The notes below the pieces were generated by a model. It ran no database searches, was not told the origin of the DNA, and saw only the letters and a program-made list of their open reading frames with translations. Both the position numbers and the translations under genes were made by a program. DNA of 64,000 nucleotides from a phage. This document shows positions 48,386-57,273 of this stretch, one piece after another. Numbering within the stretch: the stretch's first letter is position 1; the number at the start of each line of letters is the position of its first letter. The stretch lies in the NCBI GenBank assembly GCA_025812035.1, contig GCA_025812035.1_4719.1; one strand, given 5' to 3'.

Positions 48386-48410
48386 TATTGAACGATATAA
48401 ACCCCTAGGT
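48386..48410 (+). promoter_or_regulatory. inverted copy of the promoter-like motif facing the plus-strand gene 48527..49621
   Basis: GATATAAACCCCTAGGTGAATG; CCTAGGTGAATG is a perfect inverted repeat of 48338..48349. Confidence 0.35.
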
Positions 48411-48526
48411 GAATGCTGCCGAGAAGCAACATTCTTTCTACATATAATCAGGATATGTCTGTAAACTTTTACTTCTCTTATTGAGAGTAACATCATATCC
48501 GCTTACTACCTTCTTACGGAGTTCGT

Positions 48527-49621
48527 ATGTTTCGTGTTTTAAATAACCTCCCGCGAACATCATCGGGTGTGCAACCCATCCCTCAGAAAGACTATCTGAT
48601 ACGCGAAGTTCAAAGAAACCTACAAACAATCCAGAACCACTATCAGGGTTTTACCTTCGCGGTTCAGAGTGATCACATCCTTGCGTTGCTGCTCGCACAG
48701 CTCCCTATGAGATACGACATCTCTGTACAAACTTACTACGACATGATTCTCGATCTTACACCAGAATTGGGTAATCGTGTTAAGTTGACAACATCGAGAT
48801 ACGCAGGTAAGTTATTCGACGGAGCTTTCTATCCGGGATTGCATGAAGCCATCATCGCAACCGGTGAAAGCCGTCTTATTTCACGGGATGTTCTTGACAA
48901 CTGGCGTAATTGGTCACCGGTTAGAATCGTGACGCACCCGTACGCAAATCTTCGTTACATTCCTCTTCACCGAAAACAGGTTGAAGAAGGACGAGGTTTC
49001 GCGGTCATCATGGTCGATGTACCTTTATTAGCATTACAGTATCGAATGTGGTCTTTGGTCATGGGCCATAACGTCGACGGTAAATGGGTGGTTAAAGAAC
49101 CGGTTACGAGCTTCCTTGCGAGTTTTCCATTGGTTAACGCATTATACTCACACAACGATGTTGTCATACGCAACCGTTGTTTGTGGGTACCTCCGGCTAA
49201 GAATCCACTCAAGTCGCCGATTTACGTTAACGACCTGGATAACGTATTCAGTCAAGTCGTGCTGTCCGTACAACATCATTTATTACGAAGAAGACGAAGC
49301 TACACCGACATGCTTAAACAGATACCGAGTTTATACGGGGATCAGTACCAAGCAACCCGAATGGGCTACACCGTCGATCTTCGACAAACCCGATGGGCAA
49401 GGGATCTAGGCTGTATGTCATTATGGCAGCAGCTCGTCACACTGCAAAACGTATCTGAAAGCGTCGGGTTCAGCAGTCAAATCGATAATGATCTGTACCG
49501 CGCCGCCGACCGGAGTCTGAAAGAAGGTAGCTGGGAATCCTCTCCGTTACCCGGCGATTTGCGGCGTGAAGTTATCGCACAGGTTGCCGACCTCTTAAAA
49601 ATTCTTCCTGCTGGGACATAA
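48527..49621 (+). CDS. hypothetical protein (364 aa, plus-strand island)
   Basis: long ORF; inverted copy of the promoter-like motif upstream; hairpin downstream. Confidence 0.5.
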   Translation: MFRVLNNLPRTSSGVQPIPQKDYLIREVQRNLQTIQNHYQGFTFAVQSDHILALLLAQLPMRYDISVQTYYDMILDLTPELGNRVKLTTSRYAGKLFDGAFYPGLHEAIIATGESRLISRDVLDNWRNWSPVRIVTHPYANLRYIPLHRKQVEEGRGFAVIMVDVPLLALQYRMWSLVMGHNVDGKWVVKEPVTSFLASFPLVNALYSHNDVVIRNRCLWVPPAKNPLKSPIYVNDLDNVFSQVVLSVQHHLLRRRRSYTDMLKQIPSLYGDQYQATRMGYTVDLRQTRWARDLGCMSLWQQLVTLQNVSESVGFSSQIDNDLYRAADRSLKEGSWESSPLPGDLRREVIAQVADLLKILPAGT

Positions 49622-49624
49622 TCA

Positions 49625-49685
49625 CCTCATCCCTTTCCTTGCATCCTCCCAACCCGTAAAGGGAAGGGAGGATGAGGGTATTATG
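49625..49685. terminator. long hairpin between convergent genes
   Basis: CCTCATCC..GGATGAGG outer stem with inner CTCCC/GGGAG; TTATG on both flanks. Confidence 0.45.
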
Positions 49686-51839
49686 TTACTCTGCGGCTTC
49701 TTGCTTCGGTAAATAACTTGCAGCGATATCTTGAGCTAACAATGTATTATTTTTATTCGAGATGAAAATACCGTAACTTTCCATCAACGCGTAATACGAA
49801 CGAACAAGCGTAGAGATCAGTCGACGAATATCCATACCTTGAATAAAGATATCAGGAAGCCCGGAGGCTTCGATCACCGGTAATGGTATCGTTAAATTAC
49901 TTATTGTTTTCTTATCGTTACGTACAATCCAATCGCGGAAACGTTGTTGTAACCCTTTATCCTCCCATGAATCAATCCAATCATTAAGAAGCGTTTTGTT
50001 CTTCGTCGCCAACGGCACACGAACCCCAACATAAGGAGGTTCGGAGCAATGGCCGTACGATTGAGCAAACACCTCTTCCCACATATCGTAAGACTGTTTC
50101 GTTACTGCAACATGTGGTTTCACTTTAACACGTGTTAAGAAATCGGGGTCACCTCGTTTCATTGACTCAACGATTTCGTTTTCTAACGAGATGATATCAT
50201 CAAGAACCAATCGAATACTGATCTTCTCGTTACGTAACAGCTTATCCATGATACCACACATCATCCGCTCAACACGTTGGACGATCATCTTCGGCGCTGA
50301 TGCGTCGCGCATAACTGGGCCTTTCAATTCCAGCTTCGGTGGATTGATAGGAACCCCTTCACGCATGGTCATGTAACCGTAATAGTTTTTACCCATCGAG
50401 GTTAACGACAGGATCAAGAACATATATTCGTTCTTCATTTCCATCACGTACATATGCTCTTTCGCCACACCGATATTACCAGAGCACATCGCCATCAGAT
50501 GAACCGTGATCTGTGTAACCAGATAGATAAGCGTGTTGGCTAAGCGCGTCGAAACTGGATTGATCTCCATATTCCCAAATCGCCACTGAACCCACTCCTG
50601 ACAGGTAAATACCGTTGAGTCGGTATCGGACAACACCCCCACTTCACGGATCGCTGATGGGAAAGCATAAACACCCGCCGGTTGGTTCTCGGTACGCCAG
50701 AACGCCATAATCAAGTCAGCGTAACCTTGAATACGTTGCAACATTAATTTTGTCGTTGCTGCGGTAAGACGATAACCAAGTTCATTTCCTTTTTCTAGCG
50801 CGACGTAAATCGCTTCTCCATTCAAGAACTCCGTGCATTGTGCTGTAATCCATGCGACGGTGTTGTTATCCATGGAAGCAATAATGGCTTTAGCTTCTTC
50901 CATCGTTTCAACAGGTTCGGATGCCAGTTCACATAACGAGTCAAGAAAATGACGAACGAATTCAGGATTAAGCTCACGTAACGAGTACAGGTTATTGCTG
51001 TACATATAGCAAGCGCGTTCCAACGGGGTTAAACCAGTGATTAGCTCCCGGATGACCAATTCTTTCTCTGGGTCGAAAGTGTACCGATGCAAGCATTTCG
51101 ATACGTTAGCCCAAACCTCTTCCGGCGTAGGGTAATGCAGTTTGTATTTTACCATCACCTGCTCAATGGCGTTACGATCGCTATTGCGAACAATGCTTAC
51201 GATGTTTTCAATTGCGATATCACAATCGTAATAATGGAAATTGCCTGCCAGGAAGCGTTCATTGTTCGCATTGGCCGAACCTGAAGCGCAGCGACATGTT
51301 GTTGTTAAACTCGGATGCGCAATCGGATTATAAAACGGATTAAACTTGGACGCCTGTGTTCCCGACAAACTGTTGTTATCTAACTTGGTGTTGGTTTGTC
51401 GTTTATCGTGTAGTTCAGCTTCGTCTTTACGTCCGTGTGCTTGTGCTATCGACATTTGTTTCTTTTGTTTCTTACGCAACTTACCGTTTTCAACCGCAAA
51501 GTCGCTTAGCACGCTGGAACGTGTCTCGCGTGGATAACAGTTAGCCCATACCGGCGTGATAATTAAATTATTTTCTTTAATATCGTTGAAATATTGACTG
51601 AACTTGATGACTTCTTTTTCTCGATTTCCTTCGGTACGCTGTGTTAAAACAAGACAGTCGGGATCAACCATCCCGTATTTTCCGCCAGGACGTACCGTAT
51701 CAAGAACAAACTGCAGCGCTTCCTGCTGCGATATCCCACGCATGCGCATTAAGAACAGGGTATAATCCTGCACCGCTTCTTTGGTCATATCCAACGTACG
51801 ACCGTATCCGTTTTCATCGTAAAAGAACGGATTTTCCAT
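49686..51839 (-). CDS. large hypothetical protein (717 aa) with LSDTDS motif; possible nucleotidyltransferase
   Basis: long ORF; GVLSDTDSTVF resembles polymerase motif C, other motifs not confirmed. Confidence 0.55.
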   Translation of the reverse strand: MENPFFYDENGYGRTLDMTKEAVQDYTLFLMRMRGISQQEALQFVLDTVRPGGKYGMVDPDCLVLTQRTEGNREKEVIKFSQYFNDIKENNLIITPVWANCYPRETRSSVLSDFAVENGKLRKKQKKQMSIAQAHGRKDEAELHDKRQTNTKLDNNSLSGTQASKFNPFYNPIAHPSLTTTCRCASGSANANNERFLAGNFHYYDCDIAIENIVSIVRNSDRNAIEQVMVKYKLHYPTPEEVWANVSKCLHRYTFDPEKELVIRELITGLTPLERACYMYSNNLYSLRELNPEFVRHFLDSLCELASEPVETMEEAKAIIASMDNNTVAWITAQCTEFLNGEAIYVALEKGNELGYRLTAATTKLMLQRIQGYADLIMAFWRTENQPAGVYAFPSAIREVGVLSDTDSTVFTCQEWVQWRFGNMEINPVSTRLANTLIYLVTQITVHLMAMCSGNIGVAKEHMYVMEMKNEYMFLILSLTSMGKNYYGYMTMREGVPINPPKLELKGPVMRDASAPKMIVQRVERMMCGIMDKLLRNEKISIRLVLDDIISLENEIVESMKRGDPDFLTRVKVKPHVAVTKQSYDMWEEVFAQSYGHCSEPPYVGVRVPLATKNKTLLNDWIDSWEDKGLQQRFRDWIVRNDKKTISNLTIPLPVIEASGLPDIFIQGMDIRRLISTLVRSYYALMESYGIFISNKNNTLLAQDIAASYLPKQEAAE

Positions 51840-51901
51840 AAATCCTCCAAAAGTTATTTAGACTGTCTACATCATCTCGTATATCTGTTAAAAAAGAAGG
51901 A

Positions 51902-51941
51902 CGGCATAAAAAGAACCGATCCAGCCGAAGCCAGATCGGTT
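51902..51941 (-). terminator. hairpin followed by TTTTTATGCCG
   Basis: stem ACCGATC/GATCGGT. Confidence 0.45.
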
Positions 51942-52137
51942 TAAATGGATAATAACTGACAGAAAGATATCGATGATGTTCGTGAAACAAGATCTTCTCT
52001 CGTGTACATTGATGCCAGATCAGAGGGAGGTTGTAGCACGAGAGGTGGTTCGCCAAAGAAGGAATAAACACGCGAACCTATCTTAGTTTCACTGATGGCA
52101 CTAACCACTCAAAATATATAGTACTGTATGTAAAAGT

Positions 52138-52551
52138 TTACTGATTAATCAAGTCGTTAGCAACGATCTTGGTGTAACCTGCTTGATTGAGAATTTGATT
52201 AATTTTCGTCACGTCGGTCGCATCCTCAATAATGATGCTGGGTTTATAGATCAACGTCTTAGTAACGATGATTGTACTCTCCTTAATCCAAGGAATCCCT
52301 AAAATTACATACTCGCCATCCGCAGTGATGACCTCAACGTAGTTGTACTTCGTCGGATCGTTCGGTACACTAGATGGGAGTCGGGAATAAATCTGTTGAT
52401 GTATAGCGTCTACATCGCGGCCGTTGCGTACAGCCGTACGATAGTTGTATACGGCACTAATTTCTACTCCGTTGAAGTTAACCCCAAGTTCTGAAGCGTA
52501 CACGTCAAAACTCACAACAGAGCCAATCTTTTCTAAATCAGAAGCTGGCAT
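52138..52551 (-). CDS. hypothetical protein (137 aa)
   Basis: complete ORF. Confidence 0.5.
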   Translation of the reverse strand: MPASDLEKIGSVVSFDVYASELGVNFNGVEISAVYNYRTAVRNGRDVDAIHQQIYSRLPSSVPNDPTKYNYVEVITADGEYVILGIPWIKESTIIVTKTLIYKPSIIIEDATDVTKINQILNQAGYTKIVANDLINQ

Positions 52552-52566
52552 AATAGCACCCTTTAT

Positions 52567-52962
52567 TTAAAAAATGTATTCATATCCGAAAGCCGTCGCT
52601 GACCAAACTCGGATAGATGATAGTGTTCCGCCACGATAAAACGTTTTTGTGAACTCCATATCCTGGACAACACGATAATAGACACGTCCGATGATACGTA
52701 CAATAAGGTATCGCGGTAACGATCGCTCCTCGCAGTACTCATCGATAAAGTCATCGTCGATATCCGATAAGACAACATCTGCGATTTCTTGCAGTAGGTT
52801 CCTCATCAGCATCTGCCTTCCTTCGGTACCCCATCCAGACAAACAGTAATCATCTTCTGCCTGACTATAGATGTCGTTAACCGCCTGTTCGAGCAGCTGC
52901 TCAAGATAGTAGTCATCGCGTTTTATAACGTGGCGACGGCGCTCAATGGCGTATTTTTCCAT
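52567..52962 (-). CDS. hypothetical protein (131 aa)
   Basis: complete ORF. Confidence 0.45.
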   Translation of the reverse strand: MEKYAIERRRHVIKRDDYYLEQLLEQAVNDIYSQAEDDYCLSGWGTEGRQMLMRNLLQEIADVVLSDIDDDFIDEYCEERSLPRYLIVRIIGRVYYRVVQDMEFTKTFYRGGTLSSIRVWSATAFGYEYIF

Positions 52963-53411
52963 CCTGTGTTTCTCTTGTTTGGCGTATGTATTAACGACGC
53001 CACAGTCTTATCTGGATCGTCCCACAACGCACGACGAAAACTGGATACTACCATAACGGTAGGATAGATTTGCACAACCTCCCACCCGTAACGATGCGCG
53101 TTAGTCGTACGTCCGACATTAAACAAACATAGCTGATTTAAGAAACAAAGCTGCATCTTCGTAAACAACATGGTATCTTCGCGTTTAACGTATCCGAGAA
53201 TATAAGCATTCTCGAACGCCTCACGCGACAAGACGGGACGATTAAGATACCGCAACGCTAACACCAGCAACGTCGTTATACGCAACGGATCTTCCGGGTC
53301 ATTCATGCTGTTCAGCTCAGCTTGTAACCAGTCAGGAATAGTAACCGTCAGACGATAGGTATCTGTTCCGCGATCAACCACATTCAACGTTGAAAAAGGC
53401 AACATATCCAT
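52923..53411 (-). CDS. hypothetical protein (162 aa)
   Basis: complete ORF. Confidence 0.45.
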   Translation of the reverse strand: MDMLPFSTLNVVDRGTDTYRLTVTIPDWLQAELNSMNDPEDPLRITTLLVLALRYLNRPVLSREAFENAYILGYVKREDTMLFTKMQLCFLNQLCLFNVGRTTNAHRYGWEVVQIYPTVMVVSSFRRALWDDPDKTVASLIHTPNKRNTGWKNTPLSAVATL

Positions 53412-53949
53412 GAATTCCTTCTATCTCGAGGTTATTCTCGCCTGTCTTCGGTAATAACCCACTGGCTGTTAACATCTGTGTCATCGAGTAGTCAAAACAC
53501 GGAAATATAAGGTTAACGGTTTCCTGGATCGCATCAACATAACTATAAATGGCTTCATAGTACTCACCGTCATGATCCACGCTAACCAGGTTCTGGCACA
53601 GTTCTTCGCTTATCATTTCATATACCGGCGGATAAAACGAATGAAATGGTCGCTGCATACGTAACGACCAGTACTCGTACGTTGTATACTGAAGCACGTC
53701 ATAAGCCGATACGTTAATGCGATCGAAGAAAGCGTACTTGTCCATGTGCTGGTACAGCATCGCCAGCACGGTTTCCAAGCACACTGATATCCGTACACCG
53801 TCATCTTTTCCGTTAAGGAAATTAGGTTTCTGCCGATAGCGTACAAATGCTGACGGCTTTGATTGTACTATTCCACCACCAACCATAACGTCATACTCGT
53901 ATCTAACGTAAAATTGAAATGCCACCAATCTTCTACACGTGGGATCCAC
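53374..53949 (-). CDS. hypothetical protein (191 aa)
   Basis: complete ORF. Confidence 0.45.
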   Translation of the reverse strand: MDPTCRRLVAFQFYVRYEYDVMVGGGIVQSKPSAFVRYRQKPNFLNGKDDGVRISVCLETVLAMLYQHMDKYAFFDRINVSAYDVLQYTTYEYWSLRMQRPFHSFYPPVYEMISEELCQNLVSVDHDGEYYEAIYSYVDAIQETVNLIFPCFDYSMTQMLTASGLLPKTGENNLEIEGIHGYVAFFNVECG

Positions 53950-54353
53950 GTACGAAGGATCTGGTTAACTTCGCTTCGCATTACCGATAAACGACAACGA
54001 AAGTCAAACTTCTCTTCATGACCGTAGTCTTCATGCAAGAAAACTTCATCCAAAACGAACTCAAGTTGCATGTCGACATCGCGACCCGAGATATTTCGTT
54101 TATACAGATACAGTTCAATCGTGTCGTAAAGCAGTGTATGAATATCATAATTTCCGTTCGGTGAGAAGTAAGGTAATCGCTCATCGAACATCGTAAACAG
54201 ATATTCACTGTAGTTTAATAACGGGATGATGTACCGACGTCCTGTCTGTGGTGTGCGAATATGTATCGAAACCTGACTTGGACGCGGAATAACCGACGGC
54301 TTAGAATCGTCTCTCTGAAATTGCTCTAAAGATCGCAACAAAGGTGGCCGCAT
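53868..54353 (-). CDS. hypothetical protein (161 aa)
   Basis: complete ORF. Confidence 0.45.
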   Translation of the reverse strand: MRPPLLRSLEQFQRDDSKPSVIPRPSQVSIHIRTPQTGRRYIIPLLNYSEYLFTMFDERLPYFSPNGNYDIHTLLYDTIELYLYKRNISGRDVDMQLEFVLDEVFLHEDYGHEEKFDFRCRLSVMRSEVNQILRTWIPRVEDWWHFNFTLDTSMTLWLVVE

Positions 54354-54930
54354 TGTAACTCTCCAACGCCCAATTATAAGGCCCTTCTAACATGTGTTCC
54401 CATACGTGAATAAACTCACTACCGAAGACAGGCTCCAGCGCCATGGTAAGATTCGTAAGTTCTGACGCAGCCACGTGGTAAGCATCGACATGCCTATCCA
54501 TCGACGGATCGTCTTCATTGAAAATACGTTCTGTGTCGCCAGCCCGTTCAATAAGTTCGATGATGAGATCTGTCCATGTCTCGTGACACGTCATCGTTTC
54601 CTGTTCTCGACTTAGTATGCCGATGTCTGCGTGAACGCTGGACTCGAACCGGTCTAAAAGGACCCGAAGAACGTGCACCTTGTCGATGTATTTCACCGTT
54701 ATCCAAGAAAGCGGTTGCCATCGACCCAGCATCCATCCGGTACTCGGGAACCCCAAACTCATATAGTACGGGTTGCACGGGACCGAGGACGGAGCGACGT
54801 TGTTTAAATCGTTCCTTAAGGGCAAGGCCCTGTTTAATGTAAACGGGTTCATTGGCGAGTTGTTCTGCTTTTCGTTTTGCGTGAGCCAATCGAAGTTCTT
54901 CCAATTGCCCAAGCCATTCGAATTGTTCAT
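54301..54930 (-). CDS. hypothetical protein; N-terminal 380 nt overlap the upstream ORF in the +1 frame
   Basis: AGGAG RBS before ATG 54928..54930; see frameshift finding. Confidence 0.4.
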   Translation of the reverse strand: MNNSNGLGNWKNFDWLTQNEKQNNSPMNPFTLNRALPLRNDLNNVAPSSVPCNPYYMSLGFPSTGWMLGRWQPLSWITVKYIDKVHVLRVLLDRFESSVHADIGILSREQETMTCHETWTDLIIELIERAGDTERIFNEDDPSMDRHVDAYHVAASELTNLTMALEPVFGSEFIHVWEHMLEGPYNWALESYNAATFVAIFRAISERRF

Positions 54931-55525
54931 CTGTTAGCTCCTGGGGACGTTCAACAACCACACCAGATGGGCAGACATTGATCGTAATGTTAATTGACGG
55001 CATTGCCATCACACGAGGATTACTGTTGCGTACGTGGACAACATGTTCGGTTGCTGATTTACGATCGACGCAATACTCTGTTTCTTGGAACTCAAATGCT
55101 TTTAACGGTGTTGGTTTTGTTTGACGTTTTGGAACACGACCAAGATCAACAATATAGGCGTAATCACAAACACGTTCTATTCCGTAAATACGGTTATCCG
55201 ACCAGTTCTTACCAAACAGCTTGTTGTGATGATAAGATAGATATTCGGTTACCATACCCTGAACAACATCGAAGTCTTCTCGAAATTCAGGCTGGTACCA
55301 AATCGGACCGAGAATATCTGCGAACGATTCATGACGATATCGAGGATCGTGTCGGGTCCAGGTCATTCTCTGGTTAAGGTCGAAATCAACCAACAATTCT
55401 GTTAATTGCAGTTTTTCCTTCGGAGAAAGCTGGCGTTGATGATGCAAACTCAGGCAATCGATAAGCGGTAATGAAACCCACGATGCTAATGTGTACAAAT
55501 CGATCCTGGCTAATCTCTTGGTCAT
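54548..55525 (-). CDS. hypothetical protein; C-terminal 40 aa Arg-rich and probably not native
   Basis: coding-like through ..KERFKQRRSVLGPV then degenerates; overlaps 54301..54930. Confidence 0.4.
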   Translation of the reverse strand: MTKRLARIDLYTLASWVSLPLIDCLSLHHQRQLSPKEKLQLTELLVDFDLNQRMTWTRHDPRYRHESFADILGPIWYQPEFREDFDVVQGMVTEYLSYHHNKLFGKNWSDNRIYGIERVCDYAYIVDLGRVPKRQTKPTPLKAFEFQETEYCVDRKSATEHVVHVRNSNPRVMAMPSINITINVCPSGVVVERPQELTDEQFEWLGQLEELRLAHAKRKAEQLANEPVYIKQGLALKERFKQRRSVLGPVQPVLYEFGVPEYRMDAGSMATAFLDNGEIHRQGARSSGPFRPVRVQRSRRHRHTKSRTGNDDVSRDMDRSHHRTY

Positions 55526-55616
55526 ACTCTTTTCCTAAGTCCCCATTGTTTATACACACGATATCTGGGAATAGTTAAAATATACGGCGTATAGCGAAAC
55601 AGGAGAGTTTCTGACG

Positions 55617-55937
55617 TCATTTTCTCCCTCTTCGAATACCACCGATACCTCTTCGATCCAAGACGTCCCATGCACGTTTTATTTCATCCTCCGTTGCTCT
55701 GGTATCTGGAGGGACAACCATAACACAATCGTGGAATGGCCAGTGCGTCGGTCTAGGGTCAGCAAATAGATTATCCCATTCAAGCGTCCATGATTGCTTT
55801 GAACGATTATAGTAGATCGTAAGGTACGTATTAGTGTACGCTGGGTAACCACGCATAACTTCAACATCTTTACGATCCTGCCGTTCCTGATTCCAATCGT
55901 TAAATCGTTTTCTTATTTTATCCCATCGCTTTCCCAT
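55617..55937 (-). CDS. hypothetical protein (start at ATG 55935..55937)
   Basis: AGGAG RBS before internal ATG; longer form would include the terminator hairpin. Confidence 0.45.
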   Translation of the reverse strand: MGKRWDKIRKRFNDWNQERQDRKDVEVMRGYPAYTNTYLTIYYNRSKQSWTLEWDNLFADPRPTHWPFHDCVMVVPPDTRATEDEIKRAWDVLDRRGIGGIRRGRK

Positions 55938-55950
55938 GCTTTCTCCTACA

Positions 55951-55982
55951 CGGCATAAAAGCCTGCCCCGAAGGACAGGCTC
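55951..55982 (-). terminator. GC hairpin followed by TTTTATGCCG
   Basis: stem AGCCTG/CAGGCT with GC-rich interior. Confidence 0.5.
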
Positions 55983-55990
55983 GATAGAAC

Positions 55991-56191
55991 TTAACGACCA
56001 TCCAATTTCAACGAAGGATGGTTGACGATATGTGCGTGTTTTGCTGGGTCGTATGGCAGATATGGAAAATAACCATGCCATTCACGACCTTGGCATTTCG
56101 TACACACGAACTGACCACCGCTCCGTTGATTCTCGTAAGCGAGTTCAGTACTATCAACATGACCGCAACGTTCGCAGATAAACAGCGACAT
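55991..56191 (-). CDS. small zinc-ribbon protein (66 aa)
   Basis: CERCG..(18)..CTKCQG Cys pairs. Confidence 0.4.
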   Translation of the reverse strand: MSLFICERCGHVDSTELAYENQRSGGQFVCTKCQGREWHGYFPYLPYDPAKHAHIVNHPSLKLDGR

Positions 56192-56228
56192 AACGCATCC
56201 CCATTCACTTGAACCTTTCGGTTCTGCA

Positions 56229-57209
56229 TTAGAATAGCAAGAAACCGCTGTTCTTCGCTTCCGCTACAGTTTCGTCACCAACTTTCGGTGCCTGTTGACG
56301 CGCGTTACGATGTTCAATGTAACGTTTCGCTTCGTCAGCGATTTGTTTGATAATACCCCCTAAACGATCGGTACTTAAAACAAACGACGTCGCTTCACGG
56401 ATTGGGCTGCTGTCAGGCACAAAACCGTCACAACTGTAAATAGCGTTAACACCCATGACTTTTGTCGCGTCTTTCGGATAAAGCGTACAGAAAGCAATGG
56501 GGCTATCGTTCTCTTTTGTCCAATCGTATCCCATGAACGTATTCAGTTCGGTGATCGTTGGTTCCAAACCGGTAACACGTGGATGGTTCAAGAAGTTTTC
56601 CAGGTCAGCGCTGTCAAGACGACGGTTCTCACCAGAAAACAGAACACAAAGCTGGCTAATAACAACCTGCACGTCCAGGTTGACATCCTGCTCCGATTTC
56701 CCATTTTCGCCATTCATGTGATAGCTGACGATCACCGGACGTTTCAACCCTTCTGCGGCTGCCATCAGTCCTTTAAAGGTGCGGTCTGCGTTGATCGTCT
56801 GACGCTCATCATCGAACGAGGCAACGATGCAACATACCACACGTTCACCGCGTTCCAGCAGGTTAGCAACCAACGCAGGACCTGCAACAGAACCCGAACC
56901 ACCGCTTAAACTAAAGACCACGATATTAAATTTACCTGGCGTATGTTTGTTGAGAATACCTGGGATTTGTGAACAGATCAGTTCAGCGTTCTCGTCACGC
57001 TTCTTACCCGAACCGTCTAACTCGCGGCCTGCTGCATCTTTAAAGATGTAAATATGATCATCGTCCAGTGTGCTATCGCGTAGGTTAGCACGGCTGGTAT
57101 CGACATACGTCATGCTGTGTAATCCTTTCGCGACTTCGCCTTCAAACGCTGAGCCGATTTCGCCACCACAACCGCCGACAGCCCAAATATGTACTTGGTT
57201 CTCTTGCAT
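56229..57209 (-). CDS. phuZ: PhuZ-like phage tubulin (tubulin/FtsZ GTPase fold)
   Basis: N-terminal AVGGCGGEIGSA nucleotide-binding segment and SLSGGSGSVAGP tubulin signature (GGGTGSG-like); length 326 aa. Confidence 0.75.
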   Translation of the reverse strand: MQENQVHIWAVGGCGGEIGSAFEGEVAKGLHSMTYVDTSRANLRDSTLDDDHIYIFKDAAGRELDGSGKKRDENAELICSQIPGILNKHTPGKFNIVVFSLSGGSGSVAGPALVANLLERGERVVCCIVASFDDERQTINADRTFKGLMAAAEGLKRPVIVSYHMNGENGKSEQDVNLDVQVVISQLCVLFSGENRRLDSADLENFLNHPRVTGLEPTITELNTFMGYDWTKENDSPIAFCTLYPKDATKVMGVNAIYSCDGFVPDSSPIREATSFVLSTDRLGGIIKQIADEAKRYIEHRNARQQAPKVGDETVAEAKNSGFLLF

Positions 57210-57273
57210 GTGAACTCCTAACTTAGTATGTATTTAACGCACAATGAATCTTTCTTTACTAAAGGGGTGACCC

